Below are positions 8,496 through 18,034 of a DNA stretch of 64,000 nt, in pieces. The stretch spans positions 4,105 through 68,104 of the forward strand of contig CAVJGI010000002.1 in the NCBI GenBank assembly GCA_963649145.1, in the 5' to 3' direction. The position numbers and the translations under genes were made by a program. This stretch comes from Ruminococcus bicirculans (ex Wegman et al. 2014). GTDB taxonomy: Bacteria > Bacillota > Clostridia > Oscillospirales > Oscillospiraceae. Under the pieces are notes generated by a model. That model saw only the letters and a program-made list of their open reading frames with translations, had not been told where the DNA came from and ran no database searches. Within the stretch, counting starts at the first letter, position 1. Each line of letters begins with the position of its first letter.

Positions 8496-8528
8496 GCGCC
8501 GCCCTCCGGGGCGGCGCGCTTAATTTTT
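8496..8528 (+). terminator. intrinsic terminator after the DegV gene
   Basis: GCGCCGCCC-TCCG-GGGCGGCGC hairpin followed by a T-rich tail. Confidence 0.7.
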
Positions 8529-8555
8529 GACAAGAAACGCGATCCGTGGTAGAAT
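8527..8555 (+). promoter_or_regulatory. sigma-A-type promoter of the two-component/VanY cluster
   Basis: TTGACA, 17-nt spacer, TAGAAT, with a TG extension (TGGTAGAAT). Confidence 0.65.
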
Positions 8556-8618
8556 CATACAAAAATGATGCAACGCCGGGACATAATAAAACTCTGAAAA
8601 AAGAAGGTGGCGTTTGAA

Positions 8619-9272
8619 ATGATAAAAATTCTGGTCGTGGAGGACGAAAAGCCGATCAACGATCTGATCGAGATGAATCTGACCGAGGCGGGGTATGAGT
8701 GTACCTGCGTGTATGACGGCATCGCCGCCTGCGACGCGGTGGAGAACCAGCGCTTTGACCTTGTGCTGCTGGACATCATGCTCCCCGGCGCGGACGGATA
8801 TGAGGTGCTGGACTACATCAAGCCGCTGGAGATCCCCGTCATCTTCCTGACGGCGAAAGGCAGCACGGAGGACAAGGTGAAGGGCTTAAAGCTCGGCGCG
8901 GACGACTATCTTACGAAGCCGTTTGAGATCGTCGAGCTGCTCGCGCGCGTGGAGAGCATCCTGCGCCGCGCGGGGAAGACCCAGATGGAGCTCGTCGTCG
9001 GCGACGTGACGATCGACACGCGCTCGCGCGCCGTGCGCCGCGGGAATAAGGACGTGCAGCTGACGATGAAGGAATATGAGCTCCTCCTGCTCTTCGCCCG
9101 CAACCGCAACATCGCGCTGTTCCGCGAGACGCTCTATGAGCATGTCTGGGGCAACGACTATATGGGCGACTCCCGCACCGTGGACCTCCATGTGCAGCGT
9201 CTGCGCAAGAAGCTGCACTGGGAGGACAAGATCAAGGCAATTTACAAGGTAGGCTACCGACTGGAGGTCTGA
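8619..9272 (+). CDS. OmpR-family response regulator
   Basis: Receiver domain (ILVVEDE...DLVLLDIMLP) plus winged-helix output (LTMKEYELLLLFARN...VDLHVQRLRKKL). ATG at 8619 follows the GAAGGTGG RBS. Confidence 0.9.
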   Translation: MIKILVVEDEKPINDLIEMNLTEAGYECTCVYDGIAACDAVENQRFDLVLLDIMLPGADGYEVLDYIKPLEIPVIFLTAKGSTEDKVKGLKLGADDYLTKPFEIVELLARVESILRRAGKTQMELVVGDVTIDTRSRAVRRGNKDVQLTMKEYELLLLFARNRNIALFRETLYEHVWGNDYMGDSRTVDLHVQRLRKKLHWEDKIKAIYKVGYRLEV

Positions 9273-9276
9273 ACGC

Positions 9277-10248
9277 TTGGAACGCAAAAACAGCCGGCCG
9301 CTCAAGACGTTTTTCGCTGCGGCGGCGGTCATCGCGGTCATCGTCTGCATCGGCGAGTGCATCCTGCTCCGCCGCGTGCCCGCCGCGTCGCGCTATTACG
9401 GCGCTTATATCGTGTTTCTGCTCGTCTCCGTGCTCGCCGGCGGCTTTTTCGTTTACGCCGTGGAGTGGTTCGTGAGCTCCGCGGAAACGCGGACGATGCG
9501 GCTTCAGAAGGTGCGCATCAGCGAGCTTGAGCGCAGCATCGAAAACCTCGAAAACGTCGCGTCCCGGCGCGAGGAGTTCATCGGCTCGTTCGCCCATGAG
9601 CTCAAAACGCCGCTCACCGCCATCATCGGCTACGCGGACATGCTCCGGAGCAAGGACATGAACCCCAAATCCCGCTTCACCGCCGCGGGCTATATCTTCT
9701 CCGAGGGCAAGCGCCTTGAGGCGCTCTCGCTGAAGCTGATGGATATCATCGTCGCGGGCAAGCAGGAGTTCGAGCCGAAAAAGTTCGAGGTGGGCTACTT
9801 CATCCGCTCCATCGCGGCGGTGACGGTGCCGAGCCTCTCGAACGACGGGCTGACGCTCGATCTGCGCTGGGAACCCGGCACGATCGAGGTCGAGCCGGAC
9901 CTTTTCAAAACGCTGATGATCAACCTTGTGGACAACGCGCGCAAGGCGAGCAAGAAGGGCGACGTCATCGAGCTTTTCGGCAAGGCGGAGGACGGCGGCT
10001 ACGCGCTCTATGTCCGCGACCATGGCCGCGGCATGCCCGCCGAGGAGCTCAGCCGCATCACGGAGCCGTTTTACATGATCGACAAGTCCCGTTCCCGCGC
10101 CCAGAACGGCGCCGGACTCGGTCTTGCGCTCTGCCAGCGCATCGCGGAGCTGCACGGGACGCGGCTCGAATACGAGAGCGAGCTTGGCAAGGGCACAACG
10201 GTGCGGATATTGCTGAAGGGAGGCGCTGCGCGTGAAGAAGCTGACTGA
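9277..10248 (+). CDS. sensor histidine kinase (HisKA/HATPase)
   Basis: H-box FAHELKTPLT, N-box DNARKAS and G-boxes DHGRGM and GAGLGLAL, with two N-terminal TM segments. TTG start after GGAGG. Confidence 0.85.
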   Translation: MERKNSRPLKTFFAAAAVIAVIVCIGECILLRRVPAASRYYGAYIVFLLVSVLAGGFFVYAVEWFVSSAETRTMRLQKVRISELERSIENLENVASRREEFIGSFAHELKTPLTAIIGYADMLRSKDMNPKSRFTAAGYIFSEGKRLEALSLKLMDIIVAGKQEFEPKKFEVGYFIRSIAAVTVPSLSNDGLTLDLRWEPGTIEVEPDLFKTLMINLVDNARKASKKGDVIELFGKAEDGGYALYVRDHGRGMPAEELSRITEPFYMIDKSRSRAQNGAGLGLALCQRIAELHGTRLEYESELGKGTTVRILLKGGAAREEAD

Positions 10249-10924
10249 ATCGCTGCACCTCACGGAGCGGACGAAGCTGATCGTCACCATTGCGGCAGCG
10301 GCGGCTCTGCTGCTCGCGGCGATGCTCGTGCCGCTTGCGTTCCGGACGGCGGAGCCCGCCGCGGAGACGGACGGCGCGCCGCGCCGTGCGGAGATCTTCC
10401 AGCGCTATCTCGCGGGGGACGACAGCGTCGCCGTGGAGCGCATCGAGATGCCGGGCTCGGAGCTCACCGCCGCCTGCGAAACGCGGATGCACACCCTCGC
10501 CGCCCGCTGCATTGACGACCGCGAGGCGGAGCTGGGCGGACCCTACAGCAGCGAATACACCGTCCTGACGGACGGAGAGACGACGCTGCGCATCGCGCGC
10601 ATGTGGCTGGAGCAGCGCGGCGACTGGCAGAACTGGCTGGACGTGTTTTTCGACGCGGACACCGGGACGGTCTACCGCCTCTATTTAAGCCGCGAGCGGC
10701 TCAGCCACGCGGAGCGCTACCCCGCGACGCAGGAGAGCCGCCCGACCGTGGAATACACGGCGGAGATGCTCGCCGCCGAGCTCGGCGGGACCGTGCGCTC
10801 CCTGCGCGAGACGGGCTCGAACCGCGCCTTCGTGACGATCGACGCGGCGCAGGGCAGCGCGTTTTACGACATCGCCTGCGTCTGCTACGATAACCTCATC
10901 GACCTCACCATCGACTGCCTGTGA
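10232..10924 (+). CDS. hypothetical membrane-anchored protein co-transcribed with the two-component system
   Basis: GTG start overlaps the kinase stop, with GGGAGG RBS. It has a single N-terminal TM helix (LIVTIAAAAALLLAAMLVPLAF). No family was recognised. Confidence 0.6.
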   Translation: MKKLTESLHLTERTKLIVTIAAAAALLLAAMLVPLAFRTAEPAAETDGAPRRAEIFQRYLAGDDSVAVERIEMPGSELTAACETRMHTLAARCIDDREAELGGPYSSEYTVLTDGETTLRIARMWLEQRGDWQNWLDVFFDADTGTVYRLYLSRERLSHAERYPATQESRPTVEYTAEMLAAELGGTVRSLRETGSNRAFVTIDAAQGSAFYDIACVCYDNLIDLTIDCL

Positions 10925-11008
10925 GCGCCCGCCGCAGGCAGTTTCCCACATCTGTGGGGCAATTTCGCCCCGAAAAGCGTCGAAATCCGCCGACGGTGGA
11001 GGAAAAGC

Positions 11009-11037
11009 TTGCGAAATCCGGAAAAGCATGGTAGAAT
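11009..11037 (+). promoter_or_regulatory. sigma-A-type promoter upstream of the first VanY gene
   Basis: TTGCGA, 17-nt spacer, TAGAAT (TGG extension). Confidence 0.6.
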
Positions 11038-11133
11038 ATGCCATCGTGGTATAGTGTAGATAAAGAATTCTATTCCGCTCATCCGGTCCGCGGCGCAAGG
11101 CGCGGACGAGAGAAAGGGGAAAATATTCTGCTT

Positions 11134-11922
11134 ATGGCAAACAAGGGCAAAAGCCTGATCCTGCTGGTATTGACGGTGCTGCTGCTCGTCGTCATCAGCT
11201 CCCGCGTCGCGCCGGACGCCGCGCGCGATACGGAGCGGGGACCGACGGCGGTGGACGATCCGCCGGTCGTGACCTCCTCGCCCATCGCGGAGGAGACCCC
11301 GGAGCCGACGCCGACGCCCGAACTGCGCATCCGGGACCGTCTGCCCGGCATTTCGACCGGGGACTGGAATCTGAAGCTCGTGAACGAGACTTACGTCCTC
11401 TCGAACTCCTTCGCGCCGGACGTCACCGCCGTGCGCGACAATCAGTATTTCGACACCCGCGCCGCCGACGCGCTGGAGGCGATGCTCTCCGCGGCGGAGG
11501 AGGCGGGCTACACCGTCGTGATCTCCGCGGCTTACCGGCCTTACTCGACGCAGGCGTACCTCTTCTTCGGCAAGGCGAGCCAGATCGCTTGGGGTGGCAC
11601 GGTCGAATATGCCGAGGCGGAGCAGCTCGCGCGCAAGGTCGTCGCCTATCCCGGCACGAGCGAGCACCAGCTCGGTCTCGCGGTCGACATTCTGGACAGC
11701 TCCTCGACCAAGCTGGACATCGAGTCCACCGAGGACCTTCCCGTGCTGAAGTGGCTGACGGAGCATTGCGCCGAATACGGCTTCATCGCCCGCTATCCGA
11801 AGGACAAGCAGGACATCACCGGCTGGTATGAGCCGTGGCACTTCCGCTATGTCGGCGAGACCTGCGCGAAGTTTATGATGGACGAGGGGCTGACGCTCGA
11901 AGAGTTCATCGAGGAGTTTTAA
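11134..11922 (+). CDS. VanY/M15B-type D-alanyl-D-alanine carboxypeptidase, membrane-anchored
   Basis: Zinc and catalytic motifs SEHQLGLAVD and EPWHFRYVG, with an N-terminal TM helix. Start set at MANKGKSLILLVL. Confidence 0.85.
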   Translation: MANKGKSLILLVLTVLLLVVISSRVAPDAARDTERGPTAVDDPPVVTSSPIAEETPEPTPTPELRIRDRLPGISTGDWNLKLVNETYVLSNSFAPDVTAVRDNQYFDTRAADALEAMLSAAEEAGYTVVISAAYRPYSTQAYLFFGKASQIAWGGTVEYAEAEQLARKVVAYPGTSEHQLGLAVDILDSSSTKLDIESTEDLPVLKWLTEHCAEYGFIARYPKDKQDITGWYEPWHFRYVGETCAKFMMDEGLTLEEFIEEF

Positions 11923-11996
11923 GACTACATAAAAACAAAAAGGGGAGGAGCGCCCGCTCCTCCCGCGCTTTTGCGAAGAAAGCTGGGAGACGAGAT

Positions 11997-12776
11997 ATGA
12001 AAAAACTGACCGTATTTCTGCTGCTCGCGGCGCTGCTGCTCTCGCTCGGAGCCTGCACCGTCCGTCCGGAGACGACTCCGGAGCCGACATCGGAGCCCAC
12101 CGCGGCGCCGACGCCGACGCCCGAACCGCCCCCGGAGCCCACGCCCACGCCGACACCGACCCCGGAACCGACCCCCACGCCCACGCCGGAGCCCACCCCG
12201 GAGCCGACGCCTTACCGCCCGGACGTGGACATCACGAGCTGGGAATATATCCTCGCGAACCCGACGCACGACATCGGGACCTATGTCCCGGAGCTCACGG
12301 AGCTCGAAGGCGGGCAGTATTTCGATTCCCGCGCCGTGGACGCGCTGAAGGACTTCATCGCCGCGGGGCGCGCCGAGGGGCTCAGCGTTTACCTCAGCTC
12401 CAGCTACCGCAGCTATGACATGCAGAATTACCTCTACGAGCGCAAGGTCGCCCAGTACGGCGGCGACCGCGCCGTCGCCGCGACGATCGTCGCCCCGCCG
12501 GGCACGAGCGAGCACCAGACCGGTCTTTGCTGCGATATCACGGACCAGTATTACGCCGTGAAGGACGCCTCGCTGGAGAACACCGCGCTTTATCAGTGGA
12601 TGGCGGTGCACTGTCAGGAATACGGCTTCATCGTCCGCTACCCGAAGGACCGGCAGGACGTGACCGGCATCATCTATGAGCCGTGGCATTTCCGCTATGT
12701 CGGCGTCGAGGCGGCGACGTTTATTATGGAAAACGACCTCACACTGGAGGAGTTCCTCGCGCTTTACGAGGATTGA
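11997..12776 (+). CDS. VanY/M15B-type D-alanyl-D-alanine carboxypeptidase lipoprotein (paralog)
   Basis: Lipobox LLLSLGAC, long Pro/Thr linker, SEHQTGLCCD and EPWHFRYVG. Confidence 0.85.
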   Translation: MKKLTVFLLLAALLLSLGACTVRPETTPEPTSEPTAAPTPTPEPPPEPTPTPTPTPEPTPTPTPEPTPEPTPYRPDVDITSWEYILANPTHDIGTYVPELTELEGGQYFDSRAVDALKDFIAAGRAEGLSVYLSSSYRSYDMQNYLYERKVAQYGGDRAVAATIVAPPGTSEHQTGLCCDITDQYYAVKDASLENTALYQWMAVHCQEYGFIVRYPKDRQDVTGIIYEPWHFRYVGVEAATFIMENDLTLEEFLALYED

Positions 12777-12831
12777 CGCAAAATGTGGGCGCAGAACGGA
12801 AAAAAATTTCCGTCTGCGCCCAAAATAAGGG

Positions 12832-12860
12832 TTGATTTGCGATGACGGTTGTGCTATGAT
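12832..12860 (+). promoter_or_regulatory. sigma-A-type promoter of the rimP-nusA-infB operon
   Basis: TTGATT, 17-nt spacer, TATGAT. Confidence 0.65.
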
Positions 12861-12889
12861 GGTACCGTTAGATGATAGTAACCTTGACT

Positions 12890-12914
12890 GAGTGGGCGCC
12901 CCCCACTCTTTTTT
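12890..12914 (+). terminator. terminator-like hairpin in the rimP-nusA leader (candidate attenuator)
   Basis: GAGTGGG-CGCCC-CCCACTC followed by TTTTTT. It lies about 30 nt after the -10 element and 52 nt before the rimP ATG. Confidence 0.55.
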
Positions 12915-12966
12915 GTGAGCAAAAATGCCGGCTTAAAATTTTGCCGGCGGGCAGAGGAGAGACGCG

Positions 12967-13419
12967 ATGAACGCAGTTGCACAGCGTGTTTGGGACCTTG
13001 CCGCGCCGCTCGCGGCGGAGCAGGGGATCGAGATCTGGGACGTGGAGTATCTCCGCGAGGCGGGACAGTGGTTCCTGCGCGTTTATATTGACAAAGAAGG
13101 CGGCGTCGGCATCGACGAGTGCGAGCGATTCAGCCGCGCGTTCGACCCCATTCTGGACGAGGCGGACCCCATTCCCGGCAGCTACGTTTTCGAGGTCAGC
13201 TCCGCCGGAGCCGAGCGGGAGCTGAAGCGCCCCGGCGACTTTGCCCGCTTCCTCGGCAGCTTCGTGGAGGTCAAGCTCTACCGCGCCGTCGATAACGCCA
13301 AGGTCTTCACCGGCTTCCTCCGCGCTTATGCGGACGGGGACGTCACGGTAGACTGCGGCGGCACGGAGCGCACCTTCCCCAAGGCGGATGTCGCGCAGGT
13401 GCGTCTGCGCATCCAGTAA
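12967..13419 (+). CDS. rimP: ribosome maturation factor RimP
   Basis: Typical size and motifs (LRVYIDKEGGVGIDECERFSRAFDPILD, LEVSSAGAEREL). It sits immediately upstream of nusA. Confidence 0.9.
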   Translation: MNAVAQRVWDLAAPLAAEQGIEIWDVEYLREAGQWFLRVYIDKEGGVGIDECERFSRAFDPILDEADPIPGSYVFEVSSAGAERELKRPGDFARFLGSFVEVKLYRAVDNAKVFTGFLRAYADGDVTVDCGGTERTFPKADVAQVRLRIQ

Positions 13420-13481
13420 AAGAGAAATACACTATGCGTCCCGGATGGGGACAGCAATGCGATAAGGAGTTTTTGAGAGAC

Positions 13482-14549
13482 ATGAACGCAGAATTTTTCA
13501 CCGCGATCGAGGACATCGAGAAGGAAAAGGGCATTCCCCGCCAGTATATGTACGACAAGATCCGCCTCGCGATGCTCGCGGCTTACCGCAAGGATAACCC
13601 CGAAGCGGGCGAGAACGTTGTCGTCGATATGAGCGAGGAGAAGAAAAAGATCGAGATGTACGTCCTCATGGACGTCGTGGACGAGGTGGAGGACCCCGCC
13701 ACCCAGATCCAAGTCGACGCGGCGAAAACCTATAATAAGCGCGCCCGCGCGGGCACCCAGATCAAGATCCCGGTCGAGACGAAAAAGTTCGGCCGCATCG
13801 CGGCGCAGGCGGCGAAGCAGGTCATCATTCAGGGCATCCGCGAAGCCGAGCGCGGCATCGTTTACGAGGAGTTCACCAGCAAGGAGCACGAGATCCTGAC
13901 CGGCGTCATCCAGCGCATCAACCCGACGAACAACGGCGTGACCATCAAGATCAGCTCCAACAGCGAGTTCACCGAGGCGCTGCTGCCCCAGAACGAGCAG
14001 ATCAAGGGCGAAACGCTCACCGAGGGCGACCGCATCAAGGTCTACGTCGTCGAGGTGCGCAACTCCACCCGCGGCCCGCAGGTGCTCATTTCCCGGACCC
14101 ATCCGGGCCTCGTGAAGCGCCTGTTCGAGCTTGAGGTCCCCGAAATTTTCGACGGCACGGTGGAGATCAAGTCCATCGCCCGCGAAGCGGGAAGCCGCAC
14201 GAAGATGGCGGTCTGGAGCAACGAGCCGGATGTTGACCCCATCGGCGCCTGCGTCGGTCCCAAGGGCGGCCGCGTCGCCGCCATCGTGAGCGAGCTCGGC
14301 GGCGAGAAGATCGACATCATCAAATACAGCGATAATATCGAGGAGTTCGTCGCCGCGGCGCTCGCCCCGGCGGAGGTCCTCAGCGTCACCCAGTTCGAGG
14401 ACGGCAAGAGCTGCCGCGTCATCGTGCCGGATAACCAGCTCTCGCTCGCCATCGGCAAGGAGGGCCAGAACGCCCGCCTCGCCGCGAAGCTGACGGGCTA
14501 CAAGATCGACATCAAACCGGAGAGCGACGCCGGCGCGCCGCTCGAATAA
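13482..14549 (+). CDS. nusA: transcription termination/antitermination factor NusA
   Basis: S1 and KH domains (FGRIAAQAAKQVIIQGIREAER, GACVGPKGGRV, LAIGKEGQNARLAAKLTGYKIDI). ATG at 13482 follows AAGGAG. Confidence 0.95.
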   Translation: MNAEFFTAIEDIEKEKGIPRQYMYDKIRLAMLAAYRKDNPEAGENVVVDMSEEKKKIEMYVLMDVVDEVEDPATQIQVDAAKTYNKRARAGTQIKIPVETKKFGRIAAQAAKQVIIQGIREAERGIVYEEFTSKEHEILTGVIQRINPTNNGVTIKISSNSEFTEALLPQNEQIKGETLTEGDRIKVYVVEVRNSTRGPQVLISRTHPGLVKRLFELEVPEIFDGTVEIKSIAREAGSRTKMAVWSNEPDVDPIGACVGPKGGRVAAIVSELGGEKIDIIKYSDNIEEFVAAALAPAEVLSVTQFEDGKSCRVIVPDNQLSLAIGKEGQNARLAAKLTGYKIDIKPESDAGAPLE

Positions 14550-14576
14550 GCGAAAAAGGAGGCGGCAGGGGAGACC

Positions 14577-14846
14577 ATGCAGAAGAAAATACCGATGCGG
14601 CAGTGTCTCGGCTGCCGCGAAATGAAGCCGAAGCGGGAGCTCATCCGCGTCGTGCGCTCGCCGGAGGGGGCGATCAGCCTCGATTTCCGCGGCAAAGCCA
14701 ACGGCAGAGGGGCTTATGTCTGCCCCAGCCCGGACTGCCTGAAAAAAGCGGTCCGCGCCAAGGCGCTCGAACGCGCGCTGGAAACGCCGATCCCGGACGA
14801 GATCTTCGCGCAGTTGCAGGCGCAGATGGAGGCGGGGGAGACATGA
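14577..14846 (+). CDS. YlxR/RnpM (DUF448) RNA-binding protein
   Basis: RQCLGCREMKPKRELIRVV...GRGAYVCPSPDC. It holds the conserved position between nusA and infB. Confidence 0.85.
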   Translation: MQKKIPMRQCLGCREMKPKRELIRVVRSPEGAISLDFRGKANGRGAYVCPSPDCLKKAVRAKALERALETPIPDEIFAQLQAQMEAGET

Positions 14847-15253
14847 GCAGAGCACTGGGTTATCTCGGCATCGCCCGCCGCGGCGGGAATCTTGAGCTCG
14901 GCGAGGAAAACGCCAAGGCGCTCGTAAAGTCCGGCAAGGCGCGGCTGATGTGCCTCGCGTCGGACGCATCCGACGGCGCTCGTCGCCGCGCGGAGGGCTA
15001 TGTGTTTGAAACAAATGTTCCGCTGACCGTGCTGCCTTTTCTAAAGGAGCAGATCTCCGAAGCGACGGGGCGTCCCGGCTGCTCGATGGCGGCATTTGCG
15101 GACCTCGGACTCGCGGCAAGCTTCGCCGCGGCGCTGGAGGAGGAGTTCGGCGCGGACTACGCCCCGCTCGCAGCGGCGCTCGCCGCGAAGCGGGACAGGG
15201 CAAAAGCCCGGAAGAAGAGCGCGGGCGCGAAAAAGGGAGATAGGAGGAATTAA
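14843..15253 (+). CDS. L7Ae/YlxQ-family RNA-binding protein with a basic C-terminal tail
   Basis: ATGA overlap with the ylxR stop. GIARRGGNLELGEENAKALVKSGKARLMCLASDAS matches the YlxQ pattern. Confidence 0.75.
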   Translation: MSRALGYLGIARRGGNLELGEENAKALVKSGKARLMCLASDASDGARRRAEGYVFETNVPLTVLPFLKEQISEATGRPGCSMAAFADLGLAASFAAALEEEFGADYAPLAAALAAKRDRAKARKKSAGAKKGDRRN

Positions 15254-15256
15254 CGT

Positions 15257-17593
15257 ATGAGCAGTTTGGACAATAAATACAGGATTCACGAGGTGGCGAA
15301 GGATTTCGGACTGCCGAGCAAGACCGTTACCGAGATCTTGACGGAGTATATCGCCGCGCCGAAAAACCACATGCAGGTGCTGGAAAACCCGGAGCTGGAC
15401 GTCATCTTCGAGTATCTGACCCAGCATAATCAGGTCGGCTCCATCGCGGAGATCTTCGCCGTTCCGGAAAAGCCGAAGGAGGCGCCGAAGGCCGAGGCAA
15501 AGCCCGCCGCCCAGCCCGCCGCCGCAAAGCCGGCGCAGAGCGCACCCGCGGCGGCTCCCGCCCCCGCCGCCGCACCGAAGAAAGAAGAGCCGAAGCCCCA
15601 CGTTCCCAAGCCCGCGGCGGAAAAGCGTATCGTCGATACCCGCGGCTCCACGAACACGAACCTCAGCAAATACGACGAGAAGTTCGAGACCATGGCGGGC
15701 GCGCGCGGCGAAAAGCAGCGCGGCGGCAAGGAGAAATTCAACAACAAGAACAAGCAGCGCCAGAATATGCAGACCTCGGCGAAGCGCCGGCAGGAGGAGC
15801 GCGACAAGATGCAGCGCCTTCAGCTGGAGATCGCGAAGAAGCAGAAGCTCAAGGTCTCCATCCCCGACGAGATCAGCGTCGGCGAGCTGGCGAGCCGCAT
15901 GAAGAAGACCGGCGCGGAGGTCGTGAAATGCCTCATCCGCAACGGCGTGATGGCGTCCCTCAGCCAGATCATCGACTTTGACACCGCCGCCATCATCGCG
16001 GAGGAAATGGGCTGCCTCGTCGAGCGCGAGGTCCACGTCACCGTCGAGGAGCGCCTCATCGACGACCACGAGGACACCGCAGAGGAGCTCGTTCCCCGCG
16101 CCCCGGTCGTCGTCGTTATGGGTCACGTCGACCACGGCAAGACCAGCCTGCTCGACCGCATCCGCAAGTCCAACGTCGCCTCCGGCGAAGCCGGCGGCAT
16201 TACGCAGGCAATCGGCGCTTACACCGTTGAGATCAACGGAAGCCCGATCACCTTCCTCGACACGCCGGGCCACGAGGCGTTCACCTCCATGCGCGCCCGC
16301 GGCGCGATGGTGACGGATATCGCCATCCTCGTCGTTGCGGCGGACGACGGCATTATGCCCCAGACCGTCGAGTCCATCAACCACGCCAAGGCAGCGGGCA
16401 TCCCCATCGTCGTCGCCATCAACAAGATGGACGTCGTCGGCGCGAACCCGGACCGCATCAAGCAGCAGCTCACCGAGTACGACATCGTTCCCGAAGAGTG
16501 GGGCGGCGAGACCATCGTCTGCCCGATCTCCGCAAAGACCGGTCAGGGCATCGATGACCTGCTCGAAAACCTCGTCGTTCTCGCCGAGGTGCAGGAGCTG
16601 AAGGCAAACCCGAACCGCGCCGCCCGCGGCACGGTCATCGAAGCGCGTCTCGACAAGGGGCGCGGTCCCGTCATGACCGTCCTCGTCCAGAACGGCACGC
16701 TCCACACCGGCGACCTCATCATCGCAGGCACCGCCGTCGGTCGCGTGCGCGTGATGACGAACGACAAGGGCCAGCGCGTCGAGTCCGCGGGTCCGAGCGT
16801 CCCGGTGGAGATCACCGGCATGAGCGAGGTCCCCGGCGCGGGCGATGTGTTCAACGCCGTCACGGACGAGCGCATGGCGCGCGAGCTGGTCGCCCAGCGC
16901 AAGGAGCAGCAGAAAAACGAGAGCTTCGGCGTCGCCCGCAAGGTCACGCTGGACGATCTCTTCGCCCAGATCCAAGAGGGCGAGCTCAAAAACTTCAACA
17001 TTATCGTCAAGGCGGACGTTCAGGGCTCCGCCGAGGCGGTGCGCACGAGTCTGGAGAAGCTCTCCAACGACGAGGTGCGCGTCAAGGTCATCCACTGCGG
17101 CGTCGGCGCCATCAACGAGAGCGACGTCATGCTCGCCGCGACCTCCGGCGCGGTCATCGTCGGCTTCAACGTCCGTCCGGACAATGCCGCGCGCGACAAC
17201 GCCGCCCGCGCGGGCGTGGACATCCGCATGTACCGCGTCATCTATGACTGCATCGAGGAGATCGAGTCCGCGATGAAGGGCATGCTCGCGCCGAAGTTCG
17301 AGGAGGTCATCATTGGGCACGCCTCCGTGCGCGAGACCTATAAGGTCAGCAAGGTCGGCACCGTCTGCGGCTGCTACGTCACGGACGGCAAGATCCAGCG
17401 CGGCTGCAAGGTCCGCATCCTGCGCGACAACGTGGTCATCCACGAGGGCGATCTCGCCTCCCTCCGCCGCTTCAAGGACGACGTCAAGGAGGTCGCCGAG
17501 GGCTACGAGTGCGGTATGCAGATCGAAAAGTTCAACGACATCAAGGTGGACGACGTGATCGAATGCTTCCTGATGCAGGAGATCAAGCGGTAA
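15257..17593 (+). CDS. infB: translation initiation factor IF-2
   Basis: GTPase motifs [24 protein letters not shown] and NKMD. Ala/Pro/Lys-rich N-terminal region. Confidence 0.97.
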   Translation: MSSLDNKYRIHEVAKDFGLPSKTVTEILTEYIAAPKNHMQVLENPELDVIFEYLTQHNQVGSIAEIFAVPEKPKEAPKAEAKPAAQPAAAKPAQSAPAAAPAPAAAPKKEEPKPHVPKPAAEKRIVDTRGSTNTNLSKYDEKFETMAGARGEKQRGGKEKFNNKNKQRQNMQTSAKRRQEERDKMQRLQLEIAKKQKLKVSIPDEISVGELASRMKKTGAEVVKCLIRNGVMASLSQIIDFDTAAIIAEEMGCLVEREVHVTVEERLIDDHEDTAEELVPRAPVVVVMGHVDHGKTSLLDRIRKSNVASGEAGGITQAIGAYTVEINGSPITFLDTPGHEAFTSMRARGAMVTDIAILVVAADDGIMPQTVESINHAKAAGIPIVVAINKMDVVGANPDRIKQQLTEYDIVPEEWGGETIVCPISAKTGQGIDDLLENLVVLAEVQELKANPNRAARGTVIEARLDKGRGPVMTVLVQNGTLHTGDLIIAGTAVGRVRVMTNDKGQRVESAGPSVPVEITGMSEVPGAGDVFNAVTDERMARELVAQRKEQQKNESFGVARKVTLDDLFAQIQEGELKNFNIIVKADVQGSAEAVRTSLEKLSNDEVRVKVIHCGVGAINESDVMLAATSGAVIVGFNVRPDNAARDNAARAGVDIRMYRVIYDCIEEIESAMKGMLAPKFEEVIIGHASVRETYKVSKVGTVCGCYVTDGKIQRGCKVRILRDNVVIHEGDLASLRRFKDDVKEVAEGYECGMQIEKFNDIKVDDVIECFLMQEIKR

Positions 17594-17606
17594 AAAAGAT
17601 CAACGA

Positions 17607-17638
17607 AAAGGGCGCATCCGCCGGTGCGCCCTTTTTTC
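17607..17638 (+). terminator. intrinsic terminator between infB and rbfA
   Basis: GGGCGCA-TCCGCCGG-TGCGCCC followed by TTTTTT. Confidence 0.7.
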
Positions 17639-17659
17639 AAATTCAAAGGAGAATGCAAT

Positions 17660-18034
17660 ATGGCAAGCAACAAGCTCCAGCGGACGAACGAGGATATCCG
17701 CTTCGCCCTCTCCCGGCTGCTCCCGCAGGTGAAGGACCCGCGCGTGCAGCAGGGGGAGCTGATGAGCATCACCCACGTGGACACGACAGGCGACCTGCGC
17801 TACTGCAAGGTCAGCGTCAGCTTCCTCGGCGAGGTGAACGAAAAGGAATTTAAAAAGGGCATCAAGTCCGCGTCGCCGTGGCTGCGGCGCGAGCTCGGCG
17901 CGGCGCTCAGCCTGCGCTACACGCCGGAGCTCATTTTTGAGCTGGACCACTCCATCGAGCACGGCGCTTATATCAACAGCCTGATCGAAAAGCTCGATAT
18001 CCCGAAGGAGGAGCCGCAGCATGACGACGAATGA
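17660..18034 (+). CDS. rbfA: ribosome-binding factor A
   Basis: R(T)NEDIRFALSRLL...VKDPRV...ITHVDTTGDLRYCKVSVS. ATG at 17660 follows AAAGGAG. Confidence 0.9.
   Translation: MASNKLQRTNEDIRFALSRLLPQVKDPRVQQGELMSITHVDTTGDLRYCKVSVSFLGEVNEKEFKKGIKSASPWLRRELGAALSLRYTPELIFELDHSIEHGAYINSLIEKLDIPKEEPQHDDE

Noticed and set aside
12090-12225. Short-period DNA repeats (CCGACGCC/GAGCCGAC...), considered as a tandem repeat or CRISPR-like array.
   Set aside because: They lie in frame within the second VanY gene and encode a Pro/Thr/Glu linker (EPTPTPTPEPTP...). There is no spacer/repeat architecture.
15460-15620. Ala/Pro/Lys-rich repetitive stretch, considered as a separate low-complexity feature.
   Set aside because: It is the normal variable N-terminal linker region of IF-2, in frame with infB.
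13326-17443. Very long minus-strand ORFs (625 aa at 13326..15203 and 800 aa at 15041..17443) antisense to nusA, ylxR and infB.
   Set aside because: These are shadow ORFs typical of high-GC DNA. Their products are Arg/Ala/Gly/Asp-rich low-complexity sequence with no motifs. The plus strand, by contrast, encodes unmistakable NusA and IF-2.
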